Notes: generated by a model not told the origin, from the sequence alone. Counted from the stretch's first letter, positions 22,330-34,122 are shown. The stretch is DNA of 64,000 bases from an uncultured cyanobacterium (GCA_963807635.1 CAWEDJ010000067.1:1-64000); one strand, 5' to 3'. Program-made: numbers and translations.

Positions 22330-23565
22330 ATGTCTCTCGTTAGTTTGCCCGGATTACCCGCCATGATTGAAGAAATCAGTCAACGGCACAATTTACCCCA
22401 CTCTGCCGTTCAAGAAGCCCTACGGGAAGCTCTATTGAAGGGTTATGAGCGTTTTCGTCGTTCCCAAAGTATTGGTCAGCAATTTGCAGAAGAATATTTT
22501 GAAAATTTTGAAGTAGAATTGGATACTGAGGAAGAAGGATTTCGCATTTTATCCACCAAAAGAATTGTGGAAACCGTCGAGAATACCGACCATTCTATTT
22601 CCCTAAACGAAGTCCAGGAAGTCGCGGCAGAAGCTCAATTAGGGGATGAAGTCGTCCTAGATGTGACCCCCGATCAAAAAGATTTTGGGCGGATGGCAGC
22701 CATTCAGACGAAACAAGTTTTGTTGCAGAAATTACGGGATCAACAACGAAAAATTATTCAAGAAGAATTTCAAGATCTAGAAGATACGGTCTTAAATGCC
22801 AGGGTTCTGCGCTTTGAGCGTCAATCGGTAGTGATGGCGGTCAATAGTAGCTTCGGTCAACCCGAAGTTGAGGCAGAGTTACCCAAACGGGAACAACTCC
22901 CCAATGATAATTACCGCGCCAACGCCACATTTAAAGTCTATCTCCGCAAGGTCAGAGAAGGTTCCCATCGAGGGCCTCAGTTAATTGTTTCTCGTGCTGC
23001 CGCAGGATTGGTGGTTGATCTCTTTACCGTCGAAGTTCCTGAAATCGAAGAGGAGATCGTCCGCATCGTCGCGGTTTCCCGTGAAGCTAATCCTCCTTCT
23101 CGTTATGTCGGCCCACGCACCAAAATTGCCGTTGACACCCTAGAGCGGGATGTTGATCCCGTGGGAGCCTGTATTGGAGCCAGGGGATCTCGCATTCAAG
23201 CAGTGGTGAATGAGTTACGGGGCGAAAAAATTGATGTGATTCGTTGGTCGCCCGATCCCGCTACCTATATTGCTAATTCCTTGAGTCCTGCCAGAGTCGA
23301 TCAGGTTTATTTGGTCAATACGGAAGAACGTCATTCCGTTGTTGTCGTTGCTGAGGATCAATTGAGTTTGGCGATCGGCAAGGAAGGTCAAAATGTCCGT
23401 TTAGCCGCTCGGTTAACGGGTTGGAAAATTGATATTAAAGATCCTGCCACCTACGCCAGGGAACAAGTAGAACAGGCTAAGGCGAAGGAAGAAGCCGCTA
23501 AACTGCCTGTCAGTGAAAAATTAGATTTAGAGACCTTTGAAGAAGCGGCATTGGAGGAAGAATAG
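22330..23565 (+). CDS. nusA: Transcription factor NusA
   Basis: FGRMAA, DPVGACIG and AIGKEGQNVRLA motifs. Confidence 0.97.
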   Translation: MSLVSLPGLPAMIEEISQRHNLPHSAVQEALREALLKGYERFRRSQSIGQQFAEEYFENFEVELDTEEEGFRILSTKRIVETVENTDHSISLNEVQEVAAEAQLGDEVVLDVTPDQKDFGRMAAIQTKQVLLQKLRDQQRKIIQEEFQDLEDTVLNARVLRFERQSVVMAVNSSFGQPEVEAELPKREQLPNDNYRANATFKVYLRKVREGSHRGPQLIVSRAAAGLVVDLFTVEVPEIEEEIVRIVAVSREANPPSRYVGPRTKIAVDTLERDVDPVGACIGARGSRIQAVVNELRGEKIDVIRWSPDPATYIANSLSPARVDQVYLVNTEERHSVVVVAEDQLSLAIGKEGQNVRLAARLTGWKIDIKDPATYAREQVEQAKAKEEAAKLPVSEKLDLETFEEAALEEE

Positions 23566-23567
23566 AA

Positions 23568-23858
23568 ATTAAAAGTCATTTAAGGCAAAAAAAGCCTGGC
23601 GATCGCCGCTGTATCAGTTGTCGAAAGTTAGCCCCAAGGAATGAATTTTGGCGAATTGTCCGAGTCTATCCGTCTCGACAGGTACAATTAGATGAGGGGA
23701 TGGGACGCTCTGCCTATCTTTGTCCCCAGTCTAGTTGTCTTCAGGCGGCTCGACATAAAAATCGCCTTGGACGTGCTATCAAAGCGACCGTTCCCGAACA
23801 GATTTTCCAAGATCTTGAGGAGCGATTGGCAACAACCAAAACCCAGGGGTCAGTCTAA
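23568..23858 (+). CDS. ylxR: YlxR/RnpM family RNA-binding protein (not in ORF track; start codon unclear)
   Basis: Manual translation RRCISCRK...GMGRSAYLC; lies between nusA and infB; TAA at 23856-58. Confidence 0.82.
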   Translation: MKSHLRQKKPGDRRCISCRKLAPRNEFWRIVRVYPSRQVQLDEGMGRSAYLCPQSSCLQAARHKNRLGRAIKATVPEQIFQDLEERLATTKTQGSV

Positions 23859-24089
23859 AACTTTTTTGTCCCTAGATAACTTTATTTAGAAAAAATCATT
23901 TATCGTTACTTCATAGGAGAAATGCCTTCATCTATCTTAATTAAAATATCAAAACATAAAACCTATTTTATTTGTTTATAAAAATACTATCGACTTAGTG
24001 GCACTATGACGGTGCTTTACAATAGTTGATGACGGAATCACTGGCCAACCATCACTCAAAATTTGTTACTTAGCTCAGGGGGATAATGG

Positions 24090-27000
24090 ATGAACAACGC
24101 CAAGGTTAGAATTTATGACTTGTCCAAAGAATTGCATTTAGAGAATAGAGACCTCTTAGACATTTGCGAGAAATTGAATATTTCAGTCAAAAGCCATAGC
24201 AGTACGATTAGCGAGTCCGATGCTGAACGGATTAAAACAGCCGCCGAAAAATATGCTTCCTATCCCCCTGGCTCTAGAAGACCCGAACCTCAGCCAGTGG
24301 AACGAAAACAACAAATTTTAGCGATTCATCATAAGAAAGAGCGTTCTGGTGAGGCAATTTCCCCTAACCCAACCCCTGCTACAACTTCAGTTTTGACCGC
24401 GCCCCCTGCTTCTCCTCCATCTTCTAATTTGTCTCATCCCACTCCTGAACGATCGCCTGTGACCGAAAAAAATCCTCCCAAAGCTAATGTTTCTGAACCG
24501 CGTCCCCGCCCAGAGGGTGCGCCTCGTCCAATTTCTCCTGTTGTCCCAAGTAGTAATGGTGCGTCTTCTGGGACGACGGAAAATCGTCAGCCCCGTACTT
24601 CAGCCGCTAGTCAGTTGATCAAACCATCGATCAATCGCGATCGCGAAGCGGCACTGCGTGATCGCGGACAAGCCGCTAGTCAAACCCCTAGTCAAACCCC
24701 CAGCCAACCTCCCAGTAAACCGTCTAGTCCCCCATCCGAAGAACGGAGTCGTGAGAGTAAGGTTAGTAAACCTGTGATCATCACCCTCAAAGATTCTCTC
24801 GTCAAAAAATCGGAAAAAGCTCCAGAAAAAGCTCCCAATAAGACGGGTGGACTCCAACGCCCTGGGGAAAAAGTCAAGGCAAAAATAGAGTTAAATCGTC
24901 CTAAACCGCCCCAGGATGAAGATGATAATCTTCCCGAATTGCTAGAGTTTCCACTAGATGGAGAGAGCGCAAAAAATACCGATGATGATTTGTTGGACGA
25001 TCCCGCCACGGAACTTCTCAAGCAAAAACCCCAATTGAAGCGTCTGACCGCTCCTCGCCCTGCTAAACGCAGTAAATGGGAAGAAGAAGAGGAAGAACAG
25101 CGAGAAAATAAAGCAAAAGCGGCGGCTAAAAACAAACGTCGTCCTTCCCTGCTTGATGATGAGGATGACGATGATGCCGCAGCCCTGAGTGCGAGTGCAG
25201 CCCAAGCCGCGTTAGTCAGTTTATCTATTGCTCGTCCTGCTAAACCTGCCTCTATGATGGCGGCCACCAAAACCAAAGCTCCTTCTGTGGGTCATCGTCC
25301 CCGTAAAGCACCCGTTAAAGCCGATGGCAGTAACACTGGTCGAACCAAAACTGACCGTCGCGATCGCAAGGAAGTAATAGAGCGACCCGAAAGCATCTTG
25401 TTATCGAGTAGTTTGACGATCAGAGAATTGGCGGAGTTGTTAGTTGTTTCTGAAATGGAAATTATTAAACATCTTTTCCAAAAAGGAACTGCCGTTCAAA
25501 TTACCCAAACCTTGGATGAAGCAACCGCTCGTTCCGTTGCGGAAGATTTTGGTGTCGAAATCCTCACAGAAGAAGTGATTGCCGCCGCCACGAAAGTCAC
25601 GGAAATGCTGGATGCAACGGATTTGGAATACCTAGAACGTCGTCCTCCCGTTGTCACTATCATGGGTCACGTGGATCATGGTAAAACCACCCTATTGGAT
25701 TCTATTCGGAAAACCAAGGTCGCCCAGGGAGAAGCGGGGGGCATTACCCAGCATATTGGGGCATATCACGTTGATATCGAACACAATGGCAAATCCGAAC
25801 AAATTGTTTTCTTGGATACGCCAGGTCACGAAGCCTTTACGGCCATGCGAGCGCGCGGAGCCAGGGTGACCGATCTTGCCATCCTAGTCGTTGCCGCTGA
25901 TGATGGCGTTCAACCCCAAACCCGTGAAGCGATCAGCCATGCCAAGGCCGCCGAAGTTCCCATTATTGTTGCCATTAATAAGGTGGATAAGGAAGGAGCC
26001 AACCCAGACCGCATCAAACAAGAGCTTTCGGAACTCGGCTTAGTCTCTGAAGAGTGGGGCGGAGATACCATCATGGTTCCCGTCAGCGCACTCAGAGGGC
26101 AAAATCTCGATACCTTACTAGAAATGATTCTTCTAGTTTCCGAAGTGGGAGAATTAGTGGCCAATCCCGATCGCGCCGCCAAAGGAACCGTCATTGAAGC
26201 TAATCTTGACCGTACACGAGGCCCAGTTGCCACCTTGCTGGTGCAAAATGGAACGCTCCGAGTCGGTGATGTGATTGTCGCTGGGGCAGTTCTCGGTAAG
26301 ATTCGAGCCATGATCGATGATCGGGGTAATAAAGTCGATGCCGCGACTCCATCTTTTGCGGTAGAAGTACTCGGTTTGAACGGTGTTCCCTCTGCGGGCG
26401 ACGAGTTTGATGTCTTTACCAATGAAAAAGAAGCGCGGGCCCTCTCTGAGCAACGGACAGATAGCAACCGACAAACCAGACTTCAGCAACAAATGTCGTC
26501 TCGTCGCGTAACCCTGAGTACCTTATCCGCCCAGGCCCAGGAAGGCGAACTCAAAGAGCTTAACCTCATCCTCAAAGCAGACGTTCAAGGTTCCGTCGAA
26601 GCTATTGTTGGCTCCTTGAGTCAGTTACCCCAAAATGAGGTGCAAATTCGAGTGTGGTTGGCCGCGCCTGGAGAAATCACCGAAACGGATGTGGATTTGG
26701 CTGCTGCCAGTGGTGCCGTCGTGGTGGGCTTTAATACCACTTTGGCGACCGGTTCTCGACAGGCGGCGGATCGGGAGGGAGTCGATATTCGGGAATATGA
26801 CATCATCTATAAATTACTAGATGATATCCAAGGCGCGATGGAAGGTCTCCTAGACCCCGAAGAAATCGAAACCCCCTTGGGTCAAGCCGAAGTCCGAGCA
26901 GTCTTTGCGGTTGGTCGCGGGGCTGTGGCAGGTTGCTATGTCCTATCGGGTAAGATCGTTCGGAATCGGAATCTTCGGGTACGTCGGGGAGGAAATGTTG

Positions 27001-27173
27001 TCTATCAAGGCATGATTGATTCTCTCAAACGGATGAAGGAAGATGCACGGGAAGTCAATGCTGGCTACGAATGCGGTATTGGGATTTCTAAGTTCACCGA
27101 TTGGAAAGAAGGCGATATTATCGAAGCCTATGAGATGTCGATGAAACGTCGTAGTCTTTCTCCGTCTAATTAG
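24090..27173 (+). CDS. infB: Translation initiation factor IF-2
   Basis: [13 protein letters not shown] and NKVD motifs. Confidence 0.98.
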   Translation: MNNAKVRIYDLSKELHLENRDLLDICEKLNISVKSHSSTISESDAERIKTAAEKYASYPPGSRRPEPQPVERKQQILAIHHKKERSGEAISPNPTPATTSVLTAPPASPPSSNLSHPTPERSPVTEKNPPKANVSEPRPRPEGAPRPISPVVPSSNGASSGTTENRQPRTSAASQLIKPSINRDREAALRDRGQAASQTPSQTPSQPPSKPSSPPSEERSRESKVSKPVIITLKDSLVKKSEKAPEKAPNKTGGLQRPGEKVKAKIELNRPKPPQDEDDNLPELLEFPLDGESAKNTDDDLLDDPATELLKQKPQLKRLTAPRPAKRSKWEEEEEEQRENKAKAAAKNKRRPSLLDDEDDDDAAALSASAAQAALVSLSIARPAKPASMMAATKTKAPSVGHRPRKAPVKADGSNTGRTKTDRRDRKEVIERPESILLSSSLTIRELAELLVVSEMEIIKHLFQKGTAVQITQTLDEATARSVAEDFGVEILTEEVIAAATKVTEMLDATDLEYLERRPPVVTIMGHVDHGKTTLLDSIRKTKVAQGEAGGITQHIGAYHVDIEHNGKSEQIVFLDTPGHEAFTAMRARGARVTDLAILVVAADDGVQPQTREAISHAKAAEVPIIVAINKVDKEGANPDRIKQELSELGLVSEEWGGDTIMVPVSALRGQNLDTLLEMILLVSEVGELVANPDRAAKGTVIEANLDRTRGPVATLLVQNGTLRVGDVIVAGAVLGKIRAMIDDRGNKVDAATPSFAVEVLGLNGVPSAGDEFDVFTNEKEARALSEQRTDSNRQTRLQQQMSSRRVTLSTLSAQAQEGELKELNLILKADVQGSVEAIVGSLSQLPQNEVQIRVWLAAPGEITETDVDLAAASGAVVVGFNTTLATGSRQAADREGVDIREYDIIYKLLDDIQGAMEGLLDPEEIETPLGQAEVRAVFAVGRGAVAGCYVLSGKIVRNRNLRVRRGGNVVYQGMIDSLKRMKEDAREVNAGYECGIGISKFTDWKEGDIIEAYEMSMKRRSLSPSN

Positions 27174-27200
27174 GATGAATTCCCTGAAAAACTAAATGAT

Positions 27201-27238
27201 AGTCGGCTATGGAGAATCTTTTCCCTGTAGCCGATTTC
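27201..27238. terminator. Hairpin between convergent infB and amine oxidase genes
   Basis: AGTCGGCTATGG...CTGTAGCCGATT. Confidence 0.55.
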
Positions 27239-27359
27239 ACTTTAAATTGATCTTAGGATTGGGAAAATTTTTAACGGAAAAGAAACTGATAAGATTCCAT
27301 CTGCCGTGACCGACTCCTACACTCCGAGTCAGTGTTCTCAACTCTCCAGTGAGACCCCA

Positions 27360-28733
27360 TCATACTTTCAAGATTTCCTTCGCGACACGCATACCAGACA
27401 AATATGCGCCGTGAGCAGTCCCAAAATAGCTTTCCTCAGAGGCTTCCCCTGCAAAAAATATAGACCCTTTCAGAGGGGCGGCAAGTTCCTGGCGCATCCT
27501 TGGCAGTGAGCCAACAGGATTATAGGAATACGAACCCAGGGAAAACGGATCAGTTGCCCAACGAGTAATTTGGTAATCAGTTGGGTCGGGGATACCTACT
27601 CCATAGATTTTTCTTAAAACTTCCATCGCACTGGCAACGATTTGTGTATCTGACCATGCTTCAATCTCTCTCCCTCTGTCGGCGGCATTAAATCCTAGCA
27701 GTATGGGCATATTGGCTACATGATTGAAACTTACCCATTCTGTCCATTCACCAGTTTTTTCCGAAACGTACTCCAACCAATCAACATTAACCGACCAAAA
27801 GACTTCAGGAAATCGAAGATAACATTTGTTCAAGACTCCCATACCCAGGTTAGCGATCGCATTCTGTTTATTTCGTGGTAATTCAGGAATGAAACGTACA
27901 CTCTTAGACTGCAAAACCCCAAGCGGCAGGGTAACTACAACGTGGTCAGCTATAAACTCGGCTTTTTGGGTAATCACCTTAATAGGAGACTGATCCCATT
28001 GAATTTCTTTTACCACCTGACCCAGTTCAATGTTTAACCCTTGTGCTAAAAATTCTGGGATAACTCTAAATCCTTGAACGAATAGAGCGTCATCGCCAGA
28101 AAAGGTTTTATCACTGTCATACCATTGTACGGAAAGGCTTTGAGTACTTCCTGAATACTCCTGTTCGATTTCAGCACTCAAAATAAAGTTGATGAAACGA
28201 TATGCTTCCGAGGATTTGTCCAACTGAGGGATCAGAGGTTGAATCGCCTGTCGAATCGAAACATCAATCTCCTCGTTTTGTGTCTGCTTCAAAATCCTAA
28301 ATACTTTCTTCCTCAAATTCTCCATCTGGACTTCCTCTGCTTTGGAGAGTGGCTGGCCTGACGTGTTATAGGTGATTGTCCTGTCGTAACTCGTGATAAG
28401 ACGTTTGGCTTTGATTTGTTCCGCCAAAGTGGTCAAGGGGTTGCCCTGAGTTCCATGTATCCAGGTTGCCCCCAAATCCAAAGGCATATCAGTCCACTTA
28501 AGACTCGTCCAAATTCGACCACCGATACGCTCGCGAGCTTCAATAACAACAACTTCGTGTCCTTGTCTGTGTAATTCTCGTGCGGCGGCAAGGCCTGCTA
28601 GTCCAGCACCAACTACCACGATACGCTTCCTGTTAGATGCCTCTGCATATTCTTGCGAATTGTCACCACAAGCATGATTGACAATTCCCATTAACGTCAA
28701 GCCGAATAGGGTTAAAAAATCTCGCCTATACAT
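27360..28733 (-). CDS. Flavin monoamine/polyamine oxidase family protein with Tat/lipoprotein-like signal
   Basis: MYRRDFL...NHAC; GAGLAG, GGRI, LGATWIHG, GSYSY, FAGEA and GTAHGA motifs. Confidence 0.88.
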   Translation of the reverse strand: MYRRDFLTLFGLTLMGIVNHACGDNSQEYAEASNRKRIVVVGAGLAGLAAARELHRQGHEVVVIEARERIGGRIWTSLKWTDMPLDLGATWIHGTQGNPLTTLAEQIKAKRLITSYDRTITYNTSGQPLSKAEEVQMENLRKKVFRILKQTQNEEIDVSIRQAIQPLIPQLDKSSEAYRFINFILSAEIEQEYSGSTQSLSVQWYDSDKTFSGDDALFVQGFRVIPEFLAQGLNIELGQVVKEIQWDQSPIKVITQKAEFIADHVVVTLPLGVLQSKSVRFIPELPRNKQNAIANLGMGVLNKCYLRFPEVFWSVNVDWLEYVSEKTGEWTEWVSFNHVANMPILLGFNAADRGREIEAWSDTQIVASAMEVLRKIYGVGIPDPTDYQITRWATDPFSLGSYSYNPVGSLPRMRQELAAPLKGSIFFAGEASEESYFGTAHGAYLSGMRVAKEILKV

Positions 28734-28899
28734 GATTGCACCTCGACCTCGCAGACTACTGCCCAATGATGGAATATAGTCACACTTTACCTATATTTTG
28801 TTACAAGCAGGTTGCTATTTTTTAGAGTTTTGATTGAAATTCTCTATGACTCAAATATTTTGAAACGGTGGGACGATTTATGATCACCGATTAGAAATA

Positions 28900-30627
28900 T
28901 TAATAATAATTTCCCACCTTGCGATGATGCACGGCGGTTAACGCTTCGGGATTCGAGACTCGTCCCTGATTGACTTTGCTATAAACAATCCAATGATCAC
29001 TGCATTCCATCCGACTGAGAACTTCACATTCTAGATAAGCTAAAGCCTCTGTTAAAATCGGGGAACCATTACTGGCCAGTTGGGTATTTACTCCTGCAAA
29101 GCGATCGGCACCAGGGGGAAATCGCTTGAGGAAATGTTTCATTAAAGGCTGATATTTCCCTTCTTCTAAAATATTTAAAACAAAGCGATCGCCGACCTGG
29201 AGGAGAGATTCAATCGCACGATCTTTAGCCACAGCAACGGTAAAGCCAGGGGGATCGAAACTTGCTTGCATAACCCAGGACGCTAACATCGCACTTTTCA
29301 TTTCGCCCTTTTGAGCAGTGATAATATACAACCCGCCACTGATACGACCGATCGCTTTTTCAAGTTCATTGTCAATAGATTTTAACTGCTTAATCTTGCT
29401 AGTTTGTACCAAGACTTGCCCAAAATCCGTTCCTGATTCTTCACAGAGCTGATAAATATTTTCCGTTGGAGTATTTTTAACTTTAATTGCTTTAAATACT
29501 TCCTTCAAACCGGCTTCTAAAAACTTCGTTAACAGGGGATCAATCGGTTCATCATTCCCACCATAGGATTCAAATAGACCAATCGTTTGTTTTGGATTAA
29601 CTGCCGCTAAAATCGTTCCCAAATTAGTCGCAATTTCCTTGGCATTGTCTCCCGTTAAAGGGGGCATTCCTAAAATAATTCCTGCGGATCGATTCACTAA
29701 TTCTTGCACTTCCTGGGCATCGGCTGACCCTAAATCGACCATTTCCACCGCAACCCCCGTTTTGGTCACCCCCCGCGCAATACTTTGAGACAGGCGATCG
29801 CTGAAACCGTAATCTGCCGTATAAAAAATAGCAACGGTTTTATCGGATTTGGCTTGGGATTGACTCCATTTACGGTAACGAGCCAATAATTCAGTGACGT
29901 TATATTGCAACAACGGGCCGTGACCATTGGCAACCAAACGAATTTCTCCCAACTCATCCATGCGTTTCATGGCGGCTAATACCGAGCGGGCATTCGGCCC
30001 CATCAGACAATCGTAATAAAAGCGATAATCAGGTTCAATTTTGCTTAAATTTTCATCAAAAAAGGCTTCAGAACAGTAGTGCATCCCAAAAACATCGCAG
30101 GTAAAAAGGGTGTGGGTTCCCTGGTCATAGGTCAGGATCGTGTCGGGCCAATGCAAATTCGGTGCGCTAACAAAATCTAAAAGATGTCCCTTGCCTAAAT
30201 CTAGCTGTTCTCCACTTTTCACCAAACGGCGTTCAAAGGGATGATGGACAAAATTTTCTAAAAACTGGATGGCGACCTTGGAACCAATCACGGTAATTTG
30301 GGGCGCGATTTGCAAAATATCTTTGACTAAACCACTATGATCGGGTTCGGTGTGGCTAATAATCAGATAATCAATGGTTTTCGGGTCAATTAGTCCCGTT
30401 AAGGTGTCTAGATAAAGCTGGCGAAATTTTTCGTGGGAGGTATCCACTAGGGCGATTTTTTCCCCCCGAATCAGGTAGGAGTTATAGGTTGTGCCATTTT
30501 GCAGACCAAATTCAATATCAAAGCGATCGCGATCCCAGTCCAAGGAACGAATGGTGGTGGTATCGGCGGCAATGCTGGTCGTCTGGATGGTTAATCGCTT
30601 TTCGGTTTTAATCGGCGTGGCTACCAT
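28900..30627 (-). CDS. flv3: Flavodiiron protein (class C), Flv3-like
   Basis: RSLDWDRDRFDIEFGLQNGTTYNSY, intact HTEPDH, flavodoxin and flavin reductase domains. Confidence 0.82.
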   Translation of the reverse strand: MVATPIKTEKRLTIQTTSIAADTTTIRSLDWDRDRFDIEFGLQNGTTYNSYLIRGEKIALVDTSHEKFRQLYLDTLTGLIDPKTIDYLIISHTEPDHSGLVKDILQIAPQITVIGSKVAIQFLENFVHHPFERRLVKSGEQLDLGKGHLLDFVSAPNLHWPDTILTYDQGTHTLFTCDVFGMHYCSEAFFDENLSKIEPDYRFYYDCLMGPNARSVLAAMKRMDELGEIRLVANGHGPLLQYNVTELLARYRKWSQSQAKSDKTVAIFYTADYGFSDRLSQSIARGVTKTGVAVEMVDLGSADAQEVQELVNRSAGIILGMPPLTGDNAKEIATNLGTILAAVNPKQTIGLFESYGGNDEPIDPLLTKFLEAGLKEVFKAIKVKNTPTENIYQLCEESGTDFGQVLVQTSKIKQLKSIDNELEKAIGRISGGLYIITAQKGEMKSAMLASWVMQASFDPPGFTVAVAKDRAIESLLQVGDRFVLNILEEGKYQPLMKHFLKRFPPGADRFAGVNTQLASNGSPILTEALAYLECEVLSRMECSDHWIVYSKVNQGRVSNPEALTAVHHRKVGNYY

Positions 30628-30952
30628 AATTTCCTCCCTCAGATTTCTTTCTAGTTTATCCTGTTCTCTTCTCAATTCCCATTGATAATCATTATTGAAA
30701 TGATTGTTTTGTTTAAACTGATCATCGCTTTTTGATGTGAGTAAGAAAAGATGAACGAAATTTAAAGAGAATTAGTCATTTTAAAAATCTGCTCAATTTT
30801 GGGTGATTCCAAAACTACTTTACCGAGATTCTTTGTCAGAATATCTTGAATTTTTATGAACAATCCCTAAAAATCTCGGTATCTTTTCTCCAATCGCTGT
30901 AATATGAAGACGGGATAAATAATTAGACAATAGCCTCAAAGGAGTTAGGAAA

Positions 30953-31165
30953 ATGACAGCCTTAACGCTCTCGACCCAGGAAATTTCAGCCATGAGTGCT
31001 GAAGAAGTCGCAAATTTAGCCCAACGCTTAGAAGTCGATGACTACAACAATCCCTTTGAAGCTCTACAGGATTGGCATTTATTGCGCGCGATCGCCTTTC
31101 AACGTCAAGAGTTAGCCGAACCCTATCTTTATTTACTCGATATCGAAGCCTACGACGAAGCTTAA
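30953..31165 (+). CDS. DUF2555 small cyanobacterial protein
   Basis: LAxRLExDDYxxPFxxLxDWHLLRA.AF pattern; lies upstream of coaBC. Confidence 0.75.
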   Translation: MTALTLSTQEISAMSAEEVANLAQRLEVDDYNNPFEALQDWHLLRAIAFQRQELAEPYLYLLDIEAYDEA

Positions 31166-31171
31166 TCTTCT

Positions 31172-32380
31172 ATGTTCAAGCAACGGCGGGTTTTAGTCGG
31201 TATAGGGGGAGGGATTGCCGCCTATAAAGTTTGTGCAATCATTTCCCAATTATTCCAATCAGGAGCCGAAGTTCGGGTTATTCTGACCGAATCTGCCCAG
31301 AAATTTATTACTCCCCTAACCGTCTCTACCCTCAGCCGCCATCCCGCCTATACCGATCAAAACTTTTGGCAACCCACTCATTCTCGTCCGCTACATATTG
31401 AATTAGGGGAATGGGCAGATGTTTTTTTGATCGCGCCCCTGACTGCTCAAACTTTAGGGAAATTAGCCTATGGATTGGCGGATAATTTATTAACGAATAC
31501 GGTGCTGGCTTCCCGTTGCCCCATTTTGCTGGCTCCTGCGATGAATACGGAGATGTGGGAACAGGTTTCTGTGCAACGGAATTGGCAGTTAATTGCTCAA
31601 GATCCCCGTTATGTTTCTGTTGGGACTAGTGTGGGTTTACTTGCTTGCGATCGCGTGGGTAGAGGCAGAATGGCGGAACCTGAAGTGATTTTGAGTACCC
31701 TAGAATCCTTATTGCTAACCCAAGGAAAACAAGATTTAGTCGGCAAAAAACTCCTCATCAGTGCGGGCGGAACGAGGGAATATCTCGATCCTGTGAGATA
31801 TATCGGCAATCCTTCCACAGGAAAAATGGGATTAGCCCTCACCCAAGCGGCACTAGATCGGGGTGCGTCGGTGTTCTTGGTTCATGCTCCTTTAACGGAA
31901 AAAATAACGCATTCTGAACGCTTACAACTTATTTCTATTATTAACGCCGAGCAAATGGAAAAAGCGTTGATTAATCATTTATCCGAAGTTGATTGGATCA
32001 TTATGTGCGCGGCCGTTGCTGATGTTAAACCTGCCCATTATGTTAGTTATAAACTCCCGAAAAAAGAGTTACCTTCCCATTTAGAATTACAATCCGTTCC
32101 CGATATTGTGGCAAACTTAAGTGAATTAAAACAACCCCATCAATTGCTGATTGGTTTTGCTGCCCAAACGGGGGATATTATTCCACCTGCTCTCGATAAG
32201 TTACACCGAAAAAATCTAGATTTTATTGTGGCAAACCCGATTGATCAACCGAATTCAGGTTTTGGGACAGATACTAATCAGGCAGTTATTCTGAATCAAC
32301 AAGGTCAAACAAAAGCGATCGCGTCTTGCAGTAAGTTGGCATTAGCTCATCATCTTTATGATTTTATTTTGCAGAGTTAA
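31172..32380 (+). CDS. coaBC: Phosphopantothenoylcysteine decarboxylase/ligase
   Basis: [27 protein letters not shown] and AAVAD motifs. Confidence 0.95.
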   Translation: MFKQRRVLVGIGGGIAAYKVCAIISQLFQSGAEVRVILTESAQKFITPLTVSTLSRHPAYTDQNFWQPTHSRPLHIELGEWADVFLIAPLTAQTLGKLAYGLADNLLTNTVLASRCPILLAPAMNTEMWEQVSVQRNWQLIAQDPRYVSVGTSVGLLACDRVGRGRMAEPEVILSTLESLLLTQGKQDLVGKKLLISAGGTREYLDPVRYIGNPSTGKMGLALTQAALDRGASVFLVHAPLTEKITHSERLQLISIINAEQMEKALINHLSEVDWIIMCAAVADVKPAHYVSYKLPKKELPSHLELQSVPDIVANLSELKQPHQLLIGFAAQTGDIIPPALDKLHRKNLDFIVANPIDQPNSGFGTDTNQAVILNQQGQTKAIASCSKLALAHHLYDFILQS

Positions 32381-32527
32381 AGTTAAGTTGGCGATCGCTG
32401 GATTTCAGCTAATAAGGCTCATTTTGACTCGTTGATTAAGTGCGGTAGCAATTTTTTGTAGCATTATTAGGGGATTGTCTTGATAGTCAGCGTCCTCTAG
32501 ATTTTCAATAACGGATTGTTCTACAAA

Positions 32528-32875
32528 CCACGTTCCGCAGGTTCCAAAGAACTTTTAAACAATTTTAAAATCCTTACGGGGCAAGAGCTTTGCAAATTAC
32601 TGTCTTGTTTACGAGCTTGTACTAAAACGAAAAAAAGGCTTGTCGTTATACTGAATTAAGAAAGCATCTTTTTACTGATGACCAATATTTTCCTTTTGCT
32701 TGATGAGAAAATTAACAGTAGAGCAAAATATTTTTACCCCAAAAGCCTTCAAAGCTTTGTCAAATAAGGAATATAGCTTTTTCAAGAGTCTTACCTAATC
32801 AAGGAATTAATCTACGGGGCGAAAAAGCAGTACAAATGTATTATCTCGTTCCTTGAGTCAACCTGCGGAATGCGG
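32528..32875. mobile_element. Putative MITE (non-autonomous IS derivative), 348 bp
   Basis: 16-bp terminal inverted repeats, 14/16 match: CCACGTTCCGCAGGTT vs rc CCGCATTCCGCAGGTT; no internal ORF; no clear TSD. Confidence 0.6.
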
Positions 32876-32901
32876 TCTCTAACGGCGATCGCGGAGTAAT
32901 T

Positions 32902-33909
32902 TTAGTAATTTTTCCTTCTGGACGATAGATGATGTATATTTTGTGATCGCTGAACGGTTTCTGAGGGTAATTCGCCGAAACGTTTTTGATAACTCTGACT
33001 ACATCTTCCCAAATGTCCAAACTGATATTTGATGATCAAATCCGTAATTCCTAAGGGTGGCATTACCTGTTTTAATTCTTGATGTAAGGCATCCAATCGT
33101 GCTTGTTTCAAAAATTGGAGCGGTGAACAGTCGTAATATTTTGCAAAAGAGCGTTGTAAAGAACGGCCACTTACCCCGATCGCCGAAGCAATATCTCCTA
33201 AACTAATCGGTTTTTGTAAATTTGCCATCATGAATTCCTGAGCCATTCTTACCGTGCGATCGCTAACTATTCCCTCATTTTTTTGAAGAAAAGCAGAATA
33301 ATTATGGGGATGATATTGCAGTAATCCCGTCACTAAAGTTTGTTCTAATTGGGGTAAAAATAGAGAGTTACAAGCCGTTGATTGCCAAGCAAATAGAATA
33401 AGTTCCTTAAGACTGTGACCAAAGACAGTGGTTAGATCCACTTCGGGCTGAAAAGTAATGAATGAATTGATGGATTTCCCTGATAAATTAGCTAATTCTT
33501 GATGTAATTTTTGGTAGGGAATACAGATAGAAATTCCCTGACCTCTCGAACTAATCTGACCCGTTAAGTCCTGTTGCGGACTAAATAAATGAGCTGTTGT
33601 GATGGAAGAAAATATTGGCTCAGACTGATTAATTCTTTCCTGAATAATTCCTTCTAGAGGAAGATAAAAAACGTATAAATCATCTGGCTGAAAACGGATT
33701 AATTTCTGCGCCCCTTGCCATTGTAAATAGACCATTGCTGATTGATGAAAGTTGGCATAATAATAACGAGTTAAAAAGGGAGAATTCGGTTCTAAAAATT
33801 CACTTTTGCAAGGGCCGATTAACTGCGTTAACATTACCTCCGCCTCTTCGTAATTATCACTTTCAAGCAGGGGAGTTCTATCTAGGGGGAACAATAATTG
33901 AGGATTCAT
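32902..33909 (-). CDS. AraC/XylS-family transcriptional regulator, divergent from the NHase-like operon
   Basis: C-terminal double HTH: ISLGDIA..GVSGRSLQ..SPLQFLK..RL..HLGR.SQSY..RFGELPSET. Confidence 0.93.
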   Translation of the reverse strand: MNPQLLFPLDRTPLLESDNYEEAEVMLTQLIGPCKSEFLEPNSPFLTRYYYANFHQSAMVYLQWQGAQKLIRFQPDDLYVFYLPLEGIIQERINQSEPIFSSITTAHLFSPQQDLTGQISSRGQGISICIPYQKLHQELANLSGKSINSFITFQPEVDLTTVFGHSLKELILFAWQSTACNSLFLPQLEQTLVTGLLQYHPHNYSAFLQKNEGIVSDRTVRMAQEFMMANLQKPISLGDIASAIGVSGRSLQRSFAKYYDCSPLQFLKQARLDALHQELKQVMPPLGITDLIIKYQFGHLGRCSQSYQKRFGELPSETVQRSQNIHHLSSRRKNY

Positions 33910-34122
33910 TTAAAAACAGGAGCGAACGAAAAAGGAAGCAAAATTAAAAACTGATACAAAAGTTATATCGCTTTTTGTCCAAAAAACGACAACTTATCTC
34001 TAAAGTCGTCGCAAATTGGATAGCTTGCAACCAATAAACCCTATAGAGTGTTGGTTATGGGGTTTGCAGTGTACTCAAGAATTTGCCTCTAAACCCAATC
34101 TTCAACAAAAGGATAGGACATC

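Noticed and set aside
24600..26806. Antisense ORFs inside infB, and similar shadow ORFs such as 53668-54156, 15196-15519 and 59579-59959
   Set aside because: They are reverse-strand shadows of real genes, often of low-complexity segments, with no motifs.
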